Source: Eledone cirrhosa (taxonomy: Eukaryota). Taken from it: a DNA stretch of 64,000 bases. Of this stretch, positions 8,701-21,933 are shown in pieces. How positions within the stretch are numbered: position 1 is the first letter of the stretch; each line of letters begins with the position of its first letter. Position numbers and translations under genes: made by a program. The stretch covers positions 256,370,001-256,434,000 of the forward strand of contig OZ024740.1 of assembly GCA_964016885.1 (NCBI GenBank), written 5' to 3'. The notes below the pieces were generated by a model. The model saw nothing but the letters and a program-made list of their open reading frames with translations, did no database searches and was not told the origin of the DNA.

Positions 8701-11700
8701 GGAAGGTGAAGCAACTCTTCTTATCGGCTCCAGTTTTTTTCAACAGTATTCATCGATTTCAACCGTTCTTAACCTTTTATTCAAGTTTTAAACTTGATAA
8801 AGGTTTAGAAGAAGTGACCCACCTAATACAGGGGTTCACTTGTAAATAATACGGCACCCCTTTACGGGGTGTCGTATTATGTAAAAATTATTTGAAAGAC
8901 ATTTTTTCTTTCAAAAATGGATAACACAAAAAAGAGAGAGAGCGCTGTCAGACACACAGAGAGAGGGAGACTTTGTCAACATATCAACAAGACAGCGTTC
9001 CAGCGGAGGTAAATATAAAGAAAATATTACGAAGGAAAAGAGGAACAATATCATTTTTAATCATATTGTTACAGATTTAAAATTACCAAATATTTCTAAA
9101 ACAAACAACACCAACAATAACACCAACAACAACACCAACAACAACACCAACAATAACACCAACAAAAACACCATCAATAACAACAGCAACAACAAAAATA
9201 ACAGCGGTAAGGTCGAGAACGACAATAACAATGACAATAATAACAGCCACAACAACAATAATAGTAGGAACAGTATCAACAAAAACAACAATAATAACAA
9301 CAGCCACAATAACAGTAACAACAGCAACAGTATCAACGAAAACAACAACAATGACAACAATAACAGCAACAACAGTATCAACGAAAATAACAACAATGAC
9401 AACAATAACAGCAACAACAGTACCAACGAAAACATCAACAATGACATCGATACCTGTAACAGCGATCTCAGCACCAACAGCAAGACCAGTAGCGGCAGCA
9501 ATAGTGGTGCCGCTGAAAAAGGGACCACTTCTTTTACAGGTGTGGTCAGAAATATCGAGACAGTGTTAGTCACAGAGGAGGAGATGGCAGTCGCAAGGGA
9601 CATGGTGACAAGAAACGCCAATAGAGTTTCCCTGAAACCTCCACCCGATTTTTTCAAGGACCAGCAGTTACGGACGGTAACTTACGGCAATGTAAACAAA
9701 ATATCACGTCCAGTGGAGAGAGCCACGGAGGCTCAAATCCAAAAGGCCTTGGCGTGCGTCTGGGTGCGCAAAACCCACATCACCTGAGGAAAAAAATATG
9801 CCACGGTAGATGCACTTTTTGGCACCCCACAGGAGGCGAAGTCTCACTCTTAGGTAACCCTAAAGAGTGAGGAGATAGTTTTGGTGCCCTCCTACTGTGG
9901 GCAAAAAATTGTGAGGGTCAACGTGACCCAGGTCCCACCCGACGTGGCTATACCTTGACTGGCCGCGTCTGTCCTTGCTGGAATCGAGGACAGAACGACC
10001 ATGCTGCAAGTAGAGAAAATAGGGAGAGAGAACTGGTCAGGTATAGGCATGCAAATACTAATACAAACTGACCGGGAGTGTATCGAGGTTATCCCCGATA
10101 TCATAGACCTCAGGGAAGGACTCCAACTCCCTATGAGCGTGGAAGGAAGGCGCCCAAAATGCTATCTCTGTGGAACAAAGGGTCACCTCAGTGTCTTTTG
10201 TCCGCAGAAGACAGCGAAGAAGAAGGCCCCCCTCCTTACTATGCCTGGTCTGCTGCTACCAAGAGCAGGGCAGGCAACAAACGCAGAAGACTCTTCCACT
10301 GTGAGTAGGAGGGCAACGTCCGTGGCACCCATACAAAGGCCACGGACAACTAAAACAGCAGCAGCAGTGGCGGCAACACCAATAGCTACATTTGCAGTAT
10401 CTGCAGCAACAACAAAATAGCCGCAAAGGACTCCACTACCACCAAAGGCTGTAGAGCACATACCCCTCCCAGATGCCACGGAATCCGACATGGAGTCTGA
10501 GGCGGGAGTGAAGTGGCAAACGGTCTGCGACAAAAAAGAAAAAAGAAAAAAGAAAAAAGAAAAAAGAAAAAAGAAAAAAGAAAAAAGAAAAAAAGAAAAA
10601 AGAAAAAAGAAAAAAGAAAAAACCCCTTAGCGAAGGCAAACAAAGAGGGGTAAAGGCTGCAAGGTAACTCGCAGCAACGCCACTACCATCACCACCAACA
10701 ACCACCACCACAAACGTAGAATAGGCAGCATAAATGTACGTGGCCTGGGGTCATCTTGGAAGCAGGGCCACCTGCTTAACGATCTCAGGTCACTAAACAT
10801 AGATGTGGTGGCCATCAGCGAGACCAGAATTTCCGAAGCACGAGACTTCGCACCGACCCTCGGCGGTTACGATGTATACGCATCTCCCAGCCGCCTGGGA
10901 GCGGGGGCCTGAGTTGCTGTGCTTTTTCGGAGAGGCTTGGATCTTGCCATACGGGCCATTTTCCTGGACCTAGAAGGTAAGTCGGTTGTACCGGATGTGA
11001 CAGGCAGCGAAGGCAATGCTTTCAGGTTAGTAGCCGTCTACTACGTCCCAACAGGGGTAGGACGGCCAGATTTCTTCAGGCGTCTAGAGACCTTTCTTGG
11101 AACGTCCCGCTCTTTAGTATTAGTGGGTGACTGGAACGGTATCTTAGATGCACGTTGGGATTATGTGGGGAAGTAAATAATGGAGGAGGATGTAAAAGCC
11201 TCACCAACCTGCTCAGACGTTTTCAAATGTCTGACAGGTATCAACTGGATTATCCGAATGTGCCAATGTGGAAATGGGCAAACCGCAACGGGTCATCCAG
11301 ATCGTTTCTAGATAGGGTATTGTGTAGGGAAACAGATAAGGCTAGCGTAGGTTGTCCACAATTTAAAGTAGTCGGCTACTCGGACCACATATTTGTGATC
11401 TGTGATGTCGACTTAGATAGATTTCATAGGCAAGGATCTGGTTACTGGAAGCTGAACGCGTCTTTCCCGGCAAGCAAAGCTTACAGACACCGGATAAGTG
11501 AATTAGTTGAGCGTGCGTTGACGGGTGCGATCGTAAACAGCAGGTGATGGTTTACGCTGAAAAGGGCAATTAGAATAGAATCAATAAGGTTTAACAAAGG
11601 AGTAAAGATAGAGGTAAATAGATTAGAAAGCTAGAAGAGGCGTTTAGGACAGGCATCGCAACCGACGTGCTTGCGGCGAGATTGGCACTCGACCAATTCT

Positions 11701-14316
11701 TCAATGCAATGACAGAAGGTTGCGTTGTCAGAGCTAGAACGCGTGCACTGAGTGAAGAGGGGACAAAAGCTGTCCAATGGGCCCAGGTGGTAGAGGCGTG
11801 ACGTGGTAACAAAGCCACAATTCAATTCTTGCTTGACCAAAACGGGCACATGTTACTCGAACCCGAGCAGATGTGTGAGGCTTTTCAGCAGCATTTTGCT
11901 CAACTGTTTGGGAGAGGTGGCGGGCCAGTGCATACCTCGAGGGACTGTCGCAGCTCTCGACGACCGCAGTGCAGTATTGCGAAAAGCCGATAACAGCAGG
12001 TGAAATACGGGAAGCGATGTCTGACTTCCCGAGGAGTAAATCGCCAGGTTTGGATGGTCTGCCCTACGAGCTTTATGCGTACATGCCAGACTTATTCGGC
12101 GACTTCTTGCCAGATGTCTATTGCAACTGGCAGCAGAACGGGAGCATTCCAAGTTTTGTGAGCCGAGGAGCGGTGGCGCTGTTGAGAAAAGACCCGAAGA
12201 AAAGGGACGTTATAGACAACTTCAGACCCATAACTTTGGCCAAGGTGTTAGCAAATAGACTGGCGCTTGTCGTCGGTAATCTGATAGGAGACATGCACCT
12301 TTCCAGACAGATCCAATCACGACCACCTCCACCTCATGCGATACATCATAGAGAGAGAGTGGTTAAGGAACCTGGTACGGGTGGATCCCTGATCAACTTA
12401 GATCTATCTAAGACATTTAATAGGGTCGACCATCGGTACCTGGCGGCAGTCCTCGAAGCGGTTGGTTTTGGGCCCATTTTCAGGGGTTGGATCACTGGGA
12501 TGCATAGCGACATCTGCGCAGTTCATCTGTCACAGCCGTTCAGCATCATGCGCTCGGTCTGCCAGATTTGTCCCCTCTCGTCGCTCTTGTACGTATTGAC
12601 CCTCGAGCCGTTACTTCACAAATTGGAGGCGATGAGAGACGGCCCACGCGAACTGGGATGTGTGAGATCCGTATCGGCTCTCGCCGACGACGTCACCGTG
12701 GTGGTGTCAAGCACCGGAAATGTCCAGATGCTCGGCACCGCTCCCAAGGAATATGAAGCAGTGACAAGAGCAAAGTTAAACCAGGAAAAGTCGGTGGGCT
12801 TGCAGCTCGGCACCTGGAGAGGCAAGTACATTCCACGTGACAGAGTCGTGGGGGCATGGACGGAAGGACCGGTTAAATTGCTCGGTATCTGGTTCGGTCC
12901 GGACCTCCAGATGGAGAAAAGCTGGAGCGAGCTGACGAACAGGATGGCTTCTCTCACCCAGAAATGGGCCGAGAGGAAGCTGTTCCTGAACGGTCGGGCA
13001 GAGGTGGCGAATGCGTTCATCGCATCCGTTATCTGCTACCGCCTAAACTTTATGCCCTGCCCCGACCCAACTCTGACAAAAATAGAGCGCCTCTTCTTCC
13101 GCTTTTTATGGAAGGCACATGCTCCCAAGGTCAGACGATCCATCTGCTGTCAACACCCGTTGCGTGGAGGGCTGGGCGTGCCGTGGCTGATGATGCGTAA
13201 ACACGCGCTGAGGCTGCGACATCTCTGGTGCTCCTTGGAGGTGAACAGGTCTGGTCACCGTTTGCCAGACATGCTTTTCCCCAGCTCGTCTCATTAACGG
13301 AGCTGCAATCCTGGATGAGGAAAAACCGAGGAATAGCGCTTGGAAGCTGGAATGTCTCCAAGCACTCATAGCCTTCTACCAGCTGGGCACCAGTATCGGT
13401 GGAACATCCACCTCGGCGTTCTATAGAGGACTAGTGGAGGGGAAGTGTGACGACGTTCTCTGGGAAACCGTGGGCGTCGAAGACGATCAGCTGTTCGCTC
13501 TATTTCAAGAGAACTTTTATCCCGGGGCCTCTGGACAACTTCCAAAAATCCCTGTCCTGGCAGTGCTACCGGGGAGCGCTGCCGGTTCAAGATAAGCTCT
13601 ACAGGCGAACTACTGCTGTCAGCCGAACCTGTCCAAGATGCCACAGAGCGAAGAAACCATTGTGCACACACTCGTTCAGTGTCCGAGCATTGCTGACTTG
13701 TGGAGCTATGTTGAACATTTGCTGTCCCGTGTAGGTCGGATCCGGTTATCGACTGAATCCATTGTGCAGATAGCCCCGCCGTCCTCCTTTAAGGAGGAGG
13801 AATGGCAGGCAGTTTTTATTTGCCTGGTGGCGATGGCGAAAGAGATTATATGGTGGACAAGGATGAAAGGATTGAAGCCGGACACTATCCTCTTTGCGCG
13901 AATCCCTGATTAACTTTTTCAAGTGTCACTTGAAGAGGAAAATCAGAGTGTAGAGACAAGTGCTGTCTTCTAGTAAGTTTGTTGGAATGTGGGTAAAAGT
14001 GGCGAGTCTGGTCCGAGTGAACGGGCCCGCTCTGAGTATGCGCCTGTATACTGAGGATGGAAAACTGAGAGAGGGCGCTTGCCCTGGTGGTCAGGGTGGC
14101 CGTGGTCTTTTGTGTGCCACGAGTGATCCTTGGAAGATTCCCCTCTATTGGCGAATTTTTGTTGTTTGAATTTTTTTAAATATTCCTATCTTCTTGTTAT
14201 AATCTTTTTTACACGGCTAAAACCCTCATTGTATCGTCCTGTACCGTTCTGTGCCGTCTCTAATGTTTTTCTTCATGTTAGCTGATGTTGCCAATAAAGA
14301 AACCATTATTATTATT
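8701..14316 (+). mobile_element. Tx1/L1 LINE copy 3, near full length, decayed, ORF1 3' end and spacer missing
   Basis: Fragmented ORF1 (VERATEAQIQKAL, CYLCGTKGHLSVFC) and ORF2 (GDWN, KSPGLDG, LADDV); AATAAA plus (ATT)n at ~14293-14316. Confidence 0.93.
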
Positions 14317-14322
14317 CTCTCT

Positions 14323-14393
14323 AAATAAAGTACCAGTAATACACTGGGATAATTGCTGGCCTTGTGCCAAAAGTAGAAACAATTATTATTATT
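14323..14393 (+). mobile_element. 5'-truncated SINE with 18-bp target-site duplication
   Basis: Matches the 3' part of the 8499 SINE. ATTATTATTATTCTCTCT occurs at 14305-14322 and 14382-14399. Confidence 0.85.
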
Positions 14394-16139
14394 CTCTCTT
14401 CCCTTCTGTTCGTATTGACTCTCGACCCATTACTGCGGAAGCTGGAGCTTTTGCAGGGCATCCCGCTAGAACCGGGACGTGGAAAGGTGGTGTCGGCTTA
14501 TGCGGACGACATCACCGTGATGGCGTCGGACACCTCAGAAATCGAGGTGGTCGGCACCTTATTGAAGGAATTTGAAAGGTTAACAGGAGCCAAACTTAAC
14601 CCGGAAAAGTCGGCCGGCTTGCAGCTCGGAACCCGGAGAGACAAGCCCATGCCGTCCAACAACGTCGTGGGGCGCTGGACGGAAGGACCGGTAAATTCAT
14701 CGGGGTTTGATCGGACCAGACCTCCAGGTGGATAAGGATTGGGATGAGGTAACGAGCAGGGTAGCCAGTCTCACCAAAGGATGGGCTGGGAGGAAGCTAT
14801 CACTGAAATGTCGCGCGGAGGTGGCAAATGCATACGTCGCGTCCGTCATATACTACCGCCTCACAGTCGTGACTTGACCCCGTCTGCACCTCGTCAAGTT
14901 GGAACGGCTCCTCTTCAAATTCTTGTGGAGAGGACAAGTTCCGTTGGTGAGGTGGTCCATCTGCTGCCAGCAACCCTCTACGCTGAGGGTTGGGCATGCC
15001 GTGGCTAATGATGCGCAGACATGCGCTGAGGCTGCGACATCTCCAGATATTCTGCCTAAACGGTGAACAGGTGTGTTCGCCGTTTATCAGACGGGCCTTT
15101 CCGCCGCTCGTTTCTTTGACTGAGCTGCAGTCCTGGGTCAAGAAGCGACCGAGACTGGGTGACTGGCACCTAGAGTGTTGCCAGGCACTCACTGCCCTCT
15201 TCCAAGCAGGCAATGCGATCAGTGGAACTGCCACTCTCGAGTTCTATAGAGGATTAGTGGTGGACAAGTGGTGGACGCATTCGGAGGAGCTTTGGGCCTT
15301 GACGAAGTCGAACTGACCAGTCTGTTCCGGAAGACTTTCGAGCCGGGGACGAGAGTCAATTTCTAGAAATCCCTCGCTTTACAGTGCTACCGGGGGACAC
15401 TGCCGGTTCGGAATAAACTCTACAGGCACGGAAGTGCTGTCAGACGGACCTGCTCAAGATGCGCATAGAGCGACGAAAGCGTTCTGCACACACTCGTCCA
15501 ATGTTCGTGCATTACTGACTTGTGGAGATATGTCGAACAGCTACTGTCGCGTGTGAAACGGATCCGGCTTTCGACCGCGTCCATAGTGAAGATCGACCCG
15601 CCGCCTTCCTTTGGCCAGGAATGGCAGGCAATTTTCCTCTGTCTGATGGCAGTTGCGAAAGAGGTTATATGGTGGACCAGATTGAAAGGACTGAAGACAG
15701 ACACTTTTCTCTTCGGCCAATCCCTCATCAACTTCTTCAAGTTTCACCTGGAAAAGAAGGTGAGGGTGGAAAGAGAAGTGCTGCCCCCAGTACATTTGCT
15801 AAAAGGTGGATGAATGTGGCGTGAGTGGCCCGTGTGAATGGGCCTACTCTGACCAGGCTAGCTAACTTGAGGAGAGGGGGTCCTCTCCTTGGGTGCCCTA
15901 GAAGCGCAGGGTGGTTCAGGATTGGTGGGGTACATGAGCCTCCCCTGGGTCGTACCCCCCTATAGGGGAATTTATTTCGTTATATCTATGCGTATTTTAT
16001 TTTATATTTTTTATATCTTCATTGTTAAATTAGTCTTGCCTAATTGTAAACACCCATTGTCTCTGTCTTTGTATTGTCCTCTACATGCCGGCCCTTGTGG
16101 CCAATAAATTAAATCGTTATTATTATTATTATTATTATT
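14394..16139 (+). mobile_element. Tx1/L1 LINE copy 4, 5'-truncated within RT, same subfamily as copy 7
   Basis: AYADDITVM, LRHLQIFCLNGEQV and KIDPPPSFGQE are shared with copy 7; (ATT)n tail 16117-16139. Confidence 0.92.
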
Positions 16140-19100
16140 GGCGACCTACGTAGTAAATCGTATCATTGTGAGCTCGGCAAAGGTTTGTTATTTTCAGTTG
16201 TTCAAAATTGCCATTCATGGAAAATGTTATTGTTAATTGTATATAAGTGCACATACATTGTTATCTGAAAAGGACACCCAAAAAGATTGGGGCCTTGAGC
16301 CCAAAATTTAAACTTTTATAATTATCAAACAAAAAATTTTTCTTTGAAACATCATGGCTGACTCAGAGTCACTCCTTTCTCACAAACTAAAACCTCACAC
16401 CGACACCACCATTGTAAATATTACTACGTTTGCAACACTAAAAAAAATATAAGCAGTAGCAATATTTTAAATTTGTCTCAGGCAGACATTCATTTCCCGC
16501 CATTACCAATGACTGCAGGTGTTAAAGCCGCCACCACCACCAGCGCGATAACCGCCACCCGCACCACCACCACGACAACAGAAACAAAAGAAAAAAATAA
16601 ATTAACTCGTGATATCGAAATGAATTCAACCAAAATGAACTCTTCCACACCGAACACCACTGACGCCACCACCACCACAACTGAAGCTAAAATTAATAAT
16701 AACAAAAATAACGATAACAACAACAGCAACAATGACATTAAGAAAACCACCCTGAGTTTTGCCAGAGTAGCAAAACAGTGCGAAGCGAAGCATTTCAGGT
16801 AACTCAGGAGGGATTAGAAGAAGCCAAAAAAATGGTAAAGAAAGATGGGTACAGGGTCAGCCCCCCCCCCCACACACACCTAATAAAATGGAGCATCAGC
16901 GCCTATGCACCGTGTCTTATCGAACAATTAATATAAAATCGCGCCCAGTGGAACGGGCATCCGAGTCCCAAATCCCAAAAGCTTTGGGACATGTGTGGGC
17001 AAAAAGACCCCACATCAGACGTGGGCAGAAGTATGGAACCGTGGACGTGTTCTTTGAAACACCACAGGAGGCTAGAGAACACTCCATGGCCCCATTAAGA
17101 AGTGACGGCTTCACACTCGTCCCAAGCTATTGTGGCCAGAGACTCGTAAAGATCAGGGTCACCCACGTACCACCGGCCATCGAAATTTCCTGGTTAATAG
17201 CTGCCGTCCTCGCCGGCATCGAAGCCAACACCATCATAATCGAAATAGCGAAAGAAAAGCTGGAGAACTGGTCCGGATCTGGGATGGAGCTCCTGATCCA
17301 AGCGGACCAAAAAAGCATTGAGGAGATCCCAGAGGTAATAGACCTCACTGACGGCAGCCACCTCACCGTAACTGTCGAGAGCAGAAGGCCTAGGTGTGTC
17401 GTTTGTGGTGAAGGAACACACATAAGGGCTTTCTGCTCTGAGGCTAAAAGGTTGAAGCCACCTCTCCTACCCATCCCAGTGACTCAACCATCAACACCAC
17501 CAGCAGCAGAGATGGCAGCAACAACTGTAGCAGCAACAACAGAAGCAAATGTAACAGCAACAATCCCAGCAACAGTAGCAAAACCAACACCACCACCACC
17601 CAACGCGCCAGAACTAGCACCAGCCCCTACACCATCCACCACGCCACAACCAAAACTAACGCCTGTGGAAGATTTTCCACTCCCCGGCCTATCACAACTG
17701 GGGACAGATTGTGACGACGAGGAGTGGGAAACGGTATCAGGAAAAAAGAAAAAAAGAAACTAAAAAAGAAAGAAATTCTCTTCCTCCCTTTCCAAAAACA
17801 AAATACAGAGGGAAAAATATAAACTATCAAACAAAAAAGTTAGGACAGATATGCCACCATCCACACCAACCCCATCACGCCAAACACCAACACCATCACC
17901 ATCATTAACCCCAACAACACCATCACCAACACCAAAAAAGCGAAACAGAAAGAAACCCATAACAAACGCAAACAAAACAAAACAGCCAAAACGATACACA
18001 CTACACAGCATTAAATTTGAACAACAACCAATTATTACACTACATCCAACACAACACCAGCATCACAGAAAAAGACTACACAACAACCCAAAAGTTCACA
18101 CCATCTCCACACATACAAATCACTCGCATCACACAGAAAACGTACATGGCACTAAAACAAAAATTCCCCAAAGACATCGGAGACTTCCGACAAGCACTCT
18201 CCAGGAGGATTTATAAGGACATCCTTCCTGGGGAGGCCACAAGCAGTGAAAAGGATGGAGAAACCGTCTTTCCTCTACGAGAAGAAAGGTAAGTGGTCTT
18301 TCCCATCTTTTCCACTCCATTTCAACATGACCTCACTCAGAATAGGCAGCATAAATGCGCGTGGCTTGGGGTCGTCATGGAAACAGGGCCACCTGCTCAA
18401 CGAACTCAGGTCACTAAACATAAATGTAGTGGCCATCAACGAGACCAGAATCTCCGAAGCACGGGCCTTCGCACAGATCTTCGGCGGCTACGATGTGTAC
18501 GCATCTCCCAGCCGTCCGGGATCGGGGGGAGGAGTTGATGTGCTTTTTCGGAGATGTTTGGATCTCGCCATATGAGCCATCTTCCTAGACCCAGAAGGTA
18601 AGTTGGTGCTGCTGGACGTGACCAGCGGAGACGGGCAAGCTTTCAGGCTAGTGGCCGTCTATGCCCCGACAGGAGCAGGGCGGCCTGATTTCTTCCGGCG
18701 TCTGGAGACCTTTCTTGGAACGTCCCGCTCTTTAGTGTTAGTGGGCGACTGGAACGGGATCTTAGATGCACGCTGGGACTGTGTGGGGCTAGTGGGTAGG
18801 GGAGGAGGGTGCAATAGTCTCACCAACCTGCTCATGCGTTTTGAACTGTCTGACAGGTACCGATTGGATTTCCCGAATGTGCCAATGTGGACTTGGACAA
18901 ATCGCATAGGGTCATCCAGATCATATCTAGATAGAGTATTTTGTAGGGAAATAGATAGGTCTAGCATAGGCTGTCCACAATTCAAGATAGTCAGCTACAC
19001 GGACCACAAATTCGTGATCTGTGTGCTTGACTTAGATAGGCTTCATAGACGAGACCCCGGCTACTGGAAGCTAAACGCGTCATTGCCAGCGCGCAAGGCC

Positions 19101-21933
19101 TACAGAGACCGGATTAGCGAACTAGTTAAGCGGGCGTTGTGGGGGCCATCGTCAACAACAAGTGGTGGTTTGCTCTGAAAAGAGCAATTAGAATAGAGTA
19201 CATTAGATTTAATAGGTTTAGCAATAGAGAAAAATACAGCAGAGGGAGAATTAGTTAGAAAATTAGGCGAGGCGCTTAGCAAAGGCATCGCAACCGACGT
19301 ACTTGCGGCGAAATTGGCCCTTGACCAATTCTTCAATGCAAAGCACGAAGGCTGCGTTGTCAGAGCTAGGGTGCGTGCTCTCAGACACGAGTGGACGAAA
19401 GCCGTTCAATGGGCCCGATTGGCGGAGGCGCGTCGTGGCAACAAAGCCACGATCCGGTCTTTGGTGGACTACGACGGGCGCATGCTACTCGATCCCGGGA
19501 AAATGTGTAAAGCTTTCTAGCGACACTTCGCCCAGCTGTTCGGGGGCAGTGGCGGGCCGGATCGAGGGATGAACTTTAGTGTCTACCTCGATGGACTGCC
19601 GCGGCTCTCGCCCACTGAGGCGGAGTGTTGCGAAAAGCCGATAACAACCGCTGAAGTACAGGAGGCAATGACTGGCTGCACAAGGGGTAAATCGCCTGGT
19701 TTCGATGGTCTGCCCCATGAACTTTACGTACAGACGCGCTACTGGTTAGGAGGCCTCTTGGCGGACGTCTAATGCAACTGGCAACAGAACGGGAGCCGAG
19801 GAGCTGTGGCGCTGCTGAGAAAGGATCCGAACAAGGGGGATAACATAGATAATTTCAGGCTCATAACTCTGCTAAACACAGAGTTGAAGATTTTGGCCAA
19901 GGTGCAAGCAAATAGGTTGGCGATTGTCGTTGGTGATCTGGTAGGAGAGGCGCAGACATGCACCATTCCCGACAGATCCATCCACGACATCCTCCACCTC
20001 ATGCGATACATCGTAGAGAGGGTAGCTAGGGAACCTGGCACGGGTGGGTCCTTGATCAATTTAGATCAGTCGAAAGCTTTAGATAGGGTCCACCATCGTT
20101 ACCTAGCGGTAGTCCTGAGGGCGGCTGGCTTTGGGCCCGTCTTCAGAGGCTGGATCGCTGCCATGCACAGCGACATCTGCTCTGTGGTTAGAGTGAACGG
20201 TCACCTTTCGGAACCGTTCAACATCATGCGCTCGGTCCGCCAAGGATGTCCCCTCTCGTCCCTCTTGTACGTATTGACTCTCGAGCCATTACTGCACACA
20301 CTGGAGACGTTGAGGGGGGTCCCGCGCGAACTTCCCGCGTGGAAGATCCGTGTCAGCATATGCGGACGTTGTCACCGTAGTGGTGTCGAACGCCAAACAC
20401 ATCGAGGCGATCGGCACTACACTAAGAGAATACGAAGCTGTGACAGGAGCAATGATCAACCAGTAAAAGTCAGTGGGCCTGCAGCTCGGCACCTGGAGAG
20501 GCATGTCCATGCCGTCCAACAGCATTGTCGGGCGCTGGACGGACGGACCGGTTAAATTGCTAGGTTCTGGTTCGGTCCGGACCTCCAGACGGACAAAAAC
20601 TGGGACGAGGTGACGAGCAGGGTGGCTTCCCTCACCCAGAAATGGGCGTAGAAGAAGCTATCCCTGAATGGTCTTGCGGAGGTGGCTAACGCGTACATCG
20701 GGTCCGTCATCTACTACTGTCTGACCGTCGTACCTTGTCCTAAGCCCCGCCTGACTGCGCTGGAGCGTTTGCTCTTTCGCTTTTTGTGGAAGGGACGCGC
20801 TCCGATGGTCAGGCGGTCCATCTGCTGTCAACACCCGCTACGGAGGGCTGGGCATGCCGTGGCTGATGATGCAGAGACACGCGCTCAGGCTACGACATCT
20901 CCACCTCTTCCTCGACGCTGATCAGGTGTGGTCGCCGTTTGCTAGACACGTCTTTCTCCAGCTCGTCTCCTTGGCGGAGCTGCAGTCCTGGGTCAAGCGA
21001 AGACCGAGAGGGGGCGTTTGTCGACTGGAATGTGACCGGTGGAAAGTCCACCTTGGCGTTCTATAGAGGATTAGTGGAGGGGAAGAGCGACGACGTACTT
21101 GGAGAATCTCTAGGCGTCGACGAAAATCAACTAGCCAATCTCTTCGGAAGGACTTTCGGGCCGGGGCCTATGGACAACTTCCAGAAATCCCTGTCCTGGC
21201 AGTGCTACCGAGGAACTTTGCCAGTTCGGGATAAACTCTACAGGCATGGAGGTGCCGTCAGCCGGGCATGTCCGAGATGCGCGCAGGGCGACGAAACTGT
21301 CCTGCGCGCACTCGTCCAGTGTCCGAGCATTGCTGAAATGTGTGTTTATGTCGAACACCTTCTGTCACGTGTAGGACGGACCCAGCTATCAGCTGAGTCC
21401 ATCGTGAGGATTGTCCCGCCCTCTTCCTTTAGCCGGGAAGGGCAGGCAGTTTTTATCTGTCTGGTGGCCATGGCGAAAGAGATAGTATGGTGGACACGTT
21501 TGAAAAGGCTGAAGACGAGCACTTACCTCTTCGGTGATGCCCTGATGAACTTTTTCAAATTTCATTTGAAAAGGAAAATCAGGGTAGAGAGGGAAGTGCT
21601 CTCTTCCCAGCATTTTGTTGAAATATGGGTGAGAGAAGCAAGTATGGCCCGAGTGAATAGGCTTACTTTGTGTATGTGTCTGTAAATTAAAGGTGGAAAA
21701 CTGGGAGAGGATACTTGCCGTGTTGGTCAGGGTCACTGTGGCCTTTTAATGGGCTTTCTCCACAAATGTCCCTCGGAAGTCTCCCCCTATTGGGGAATTT
21801 TTCATTGTTATTTTTTTATTACATCCTCTGTTTTTTTTACACGCATAAATGCCCATTTGTACCGTCCTGTATTGTCCTGTACTGTCCCTAATGTCTACTT
21901 TATGCAAACCCTTGTGGTTAATAAAGAAAGCAT
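16140..21933 (+). mobile_element. Tx1/L1 LINE copy 5, full length, decayed; ORF2 very close to copy 2 but ORF1 divergent
   Basis: ORF1 pieces 16473-18292 (CVVCGEGTHIRAFC); spacer and ORF2 DNA nearly identical by eye to 4678-8136, with scattered stops and frameshifts; AATAAA ~21920. Confidence 0.94.

Noticed and set aside
10531-10622. (GAAAAAA)n tract in copy 3 ORF1
   Set aside because: Post-insertion expansion of a Lys-rich A tract in a dead copy.
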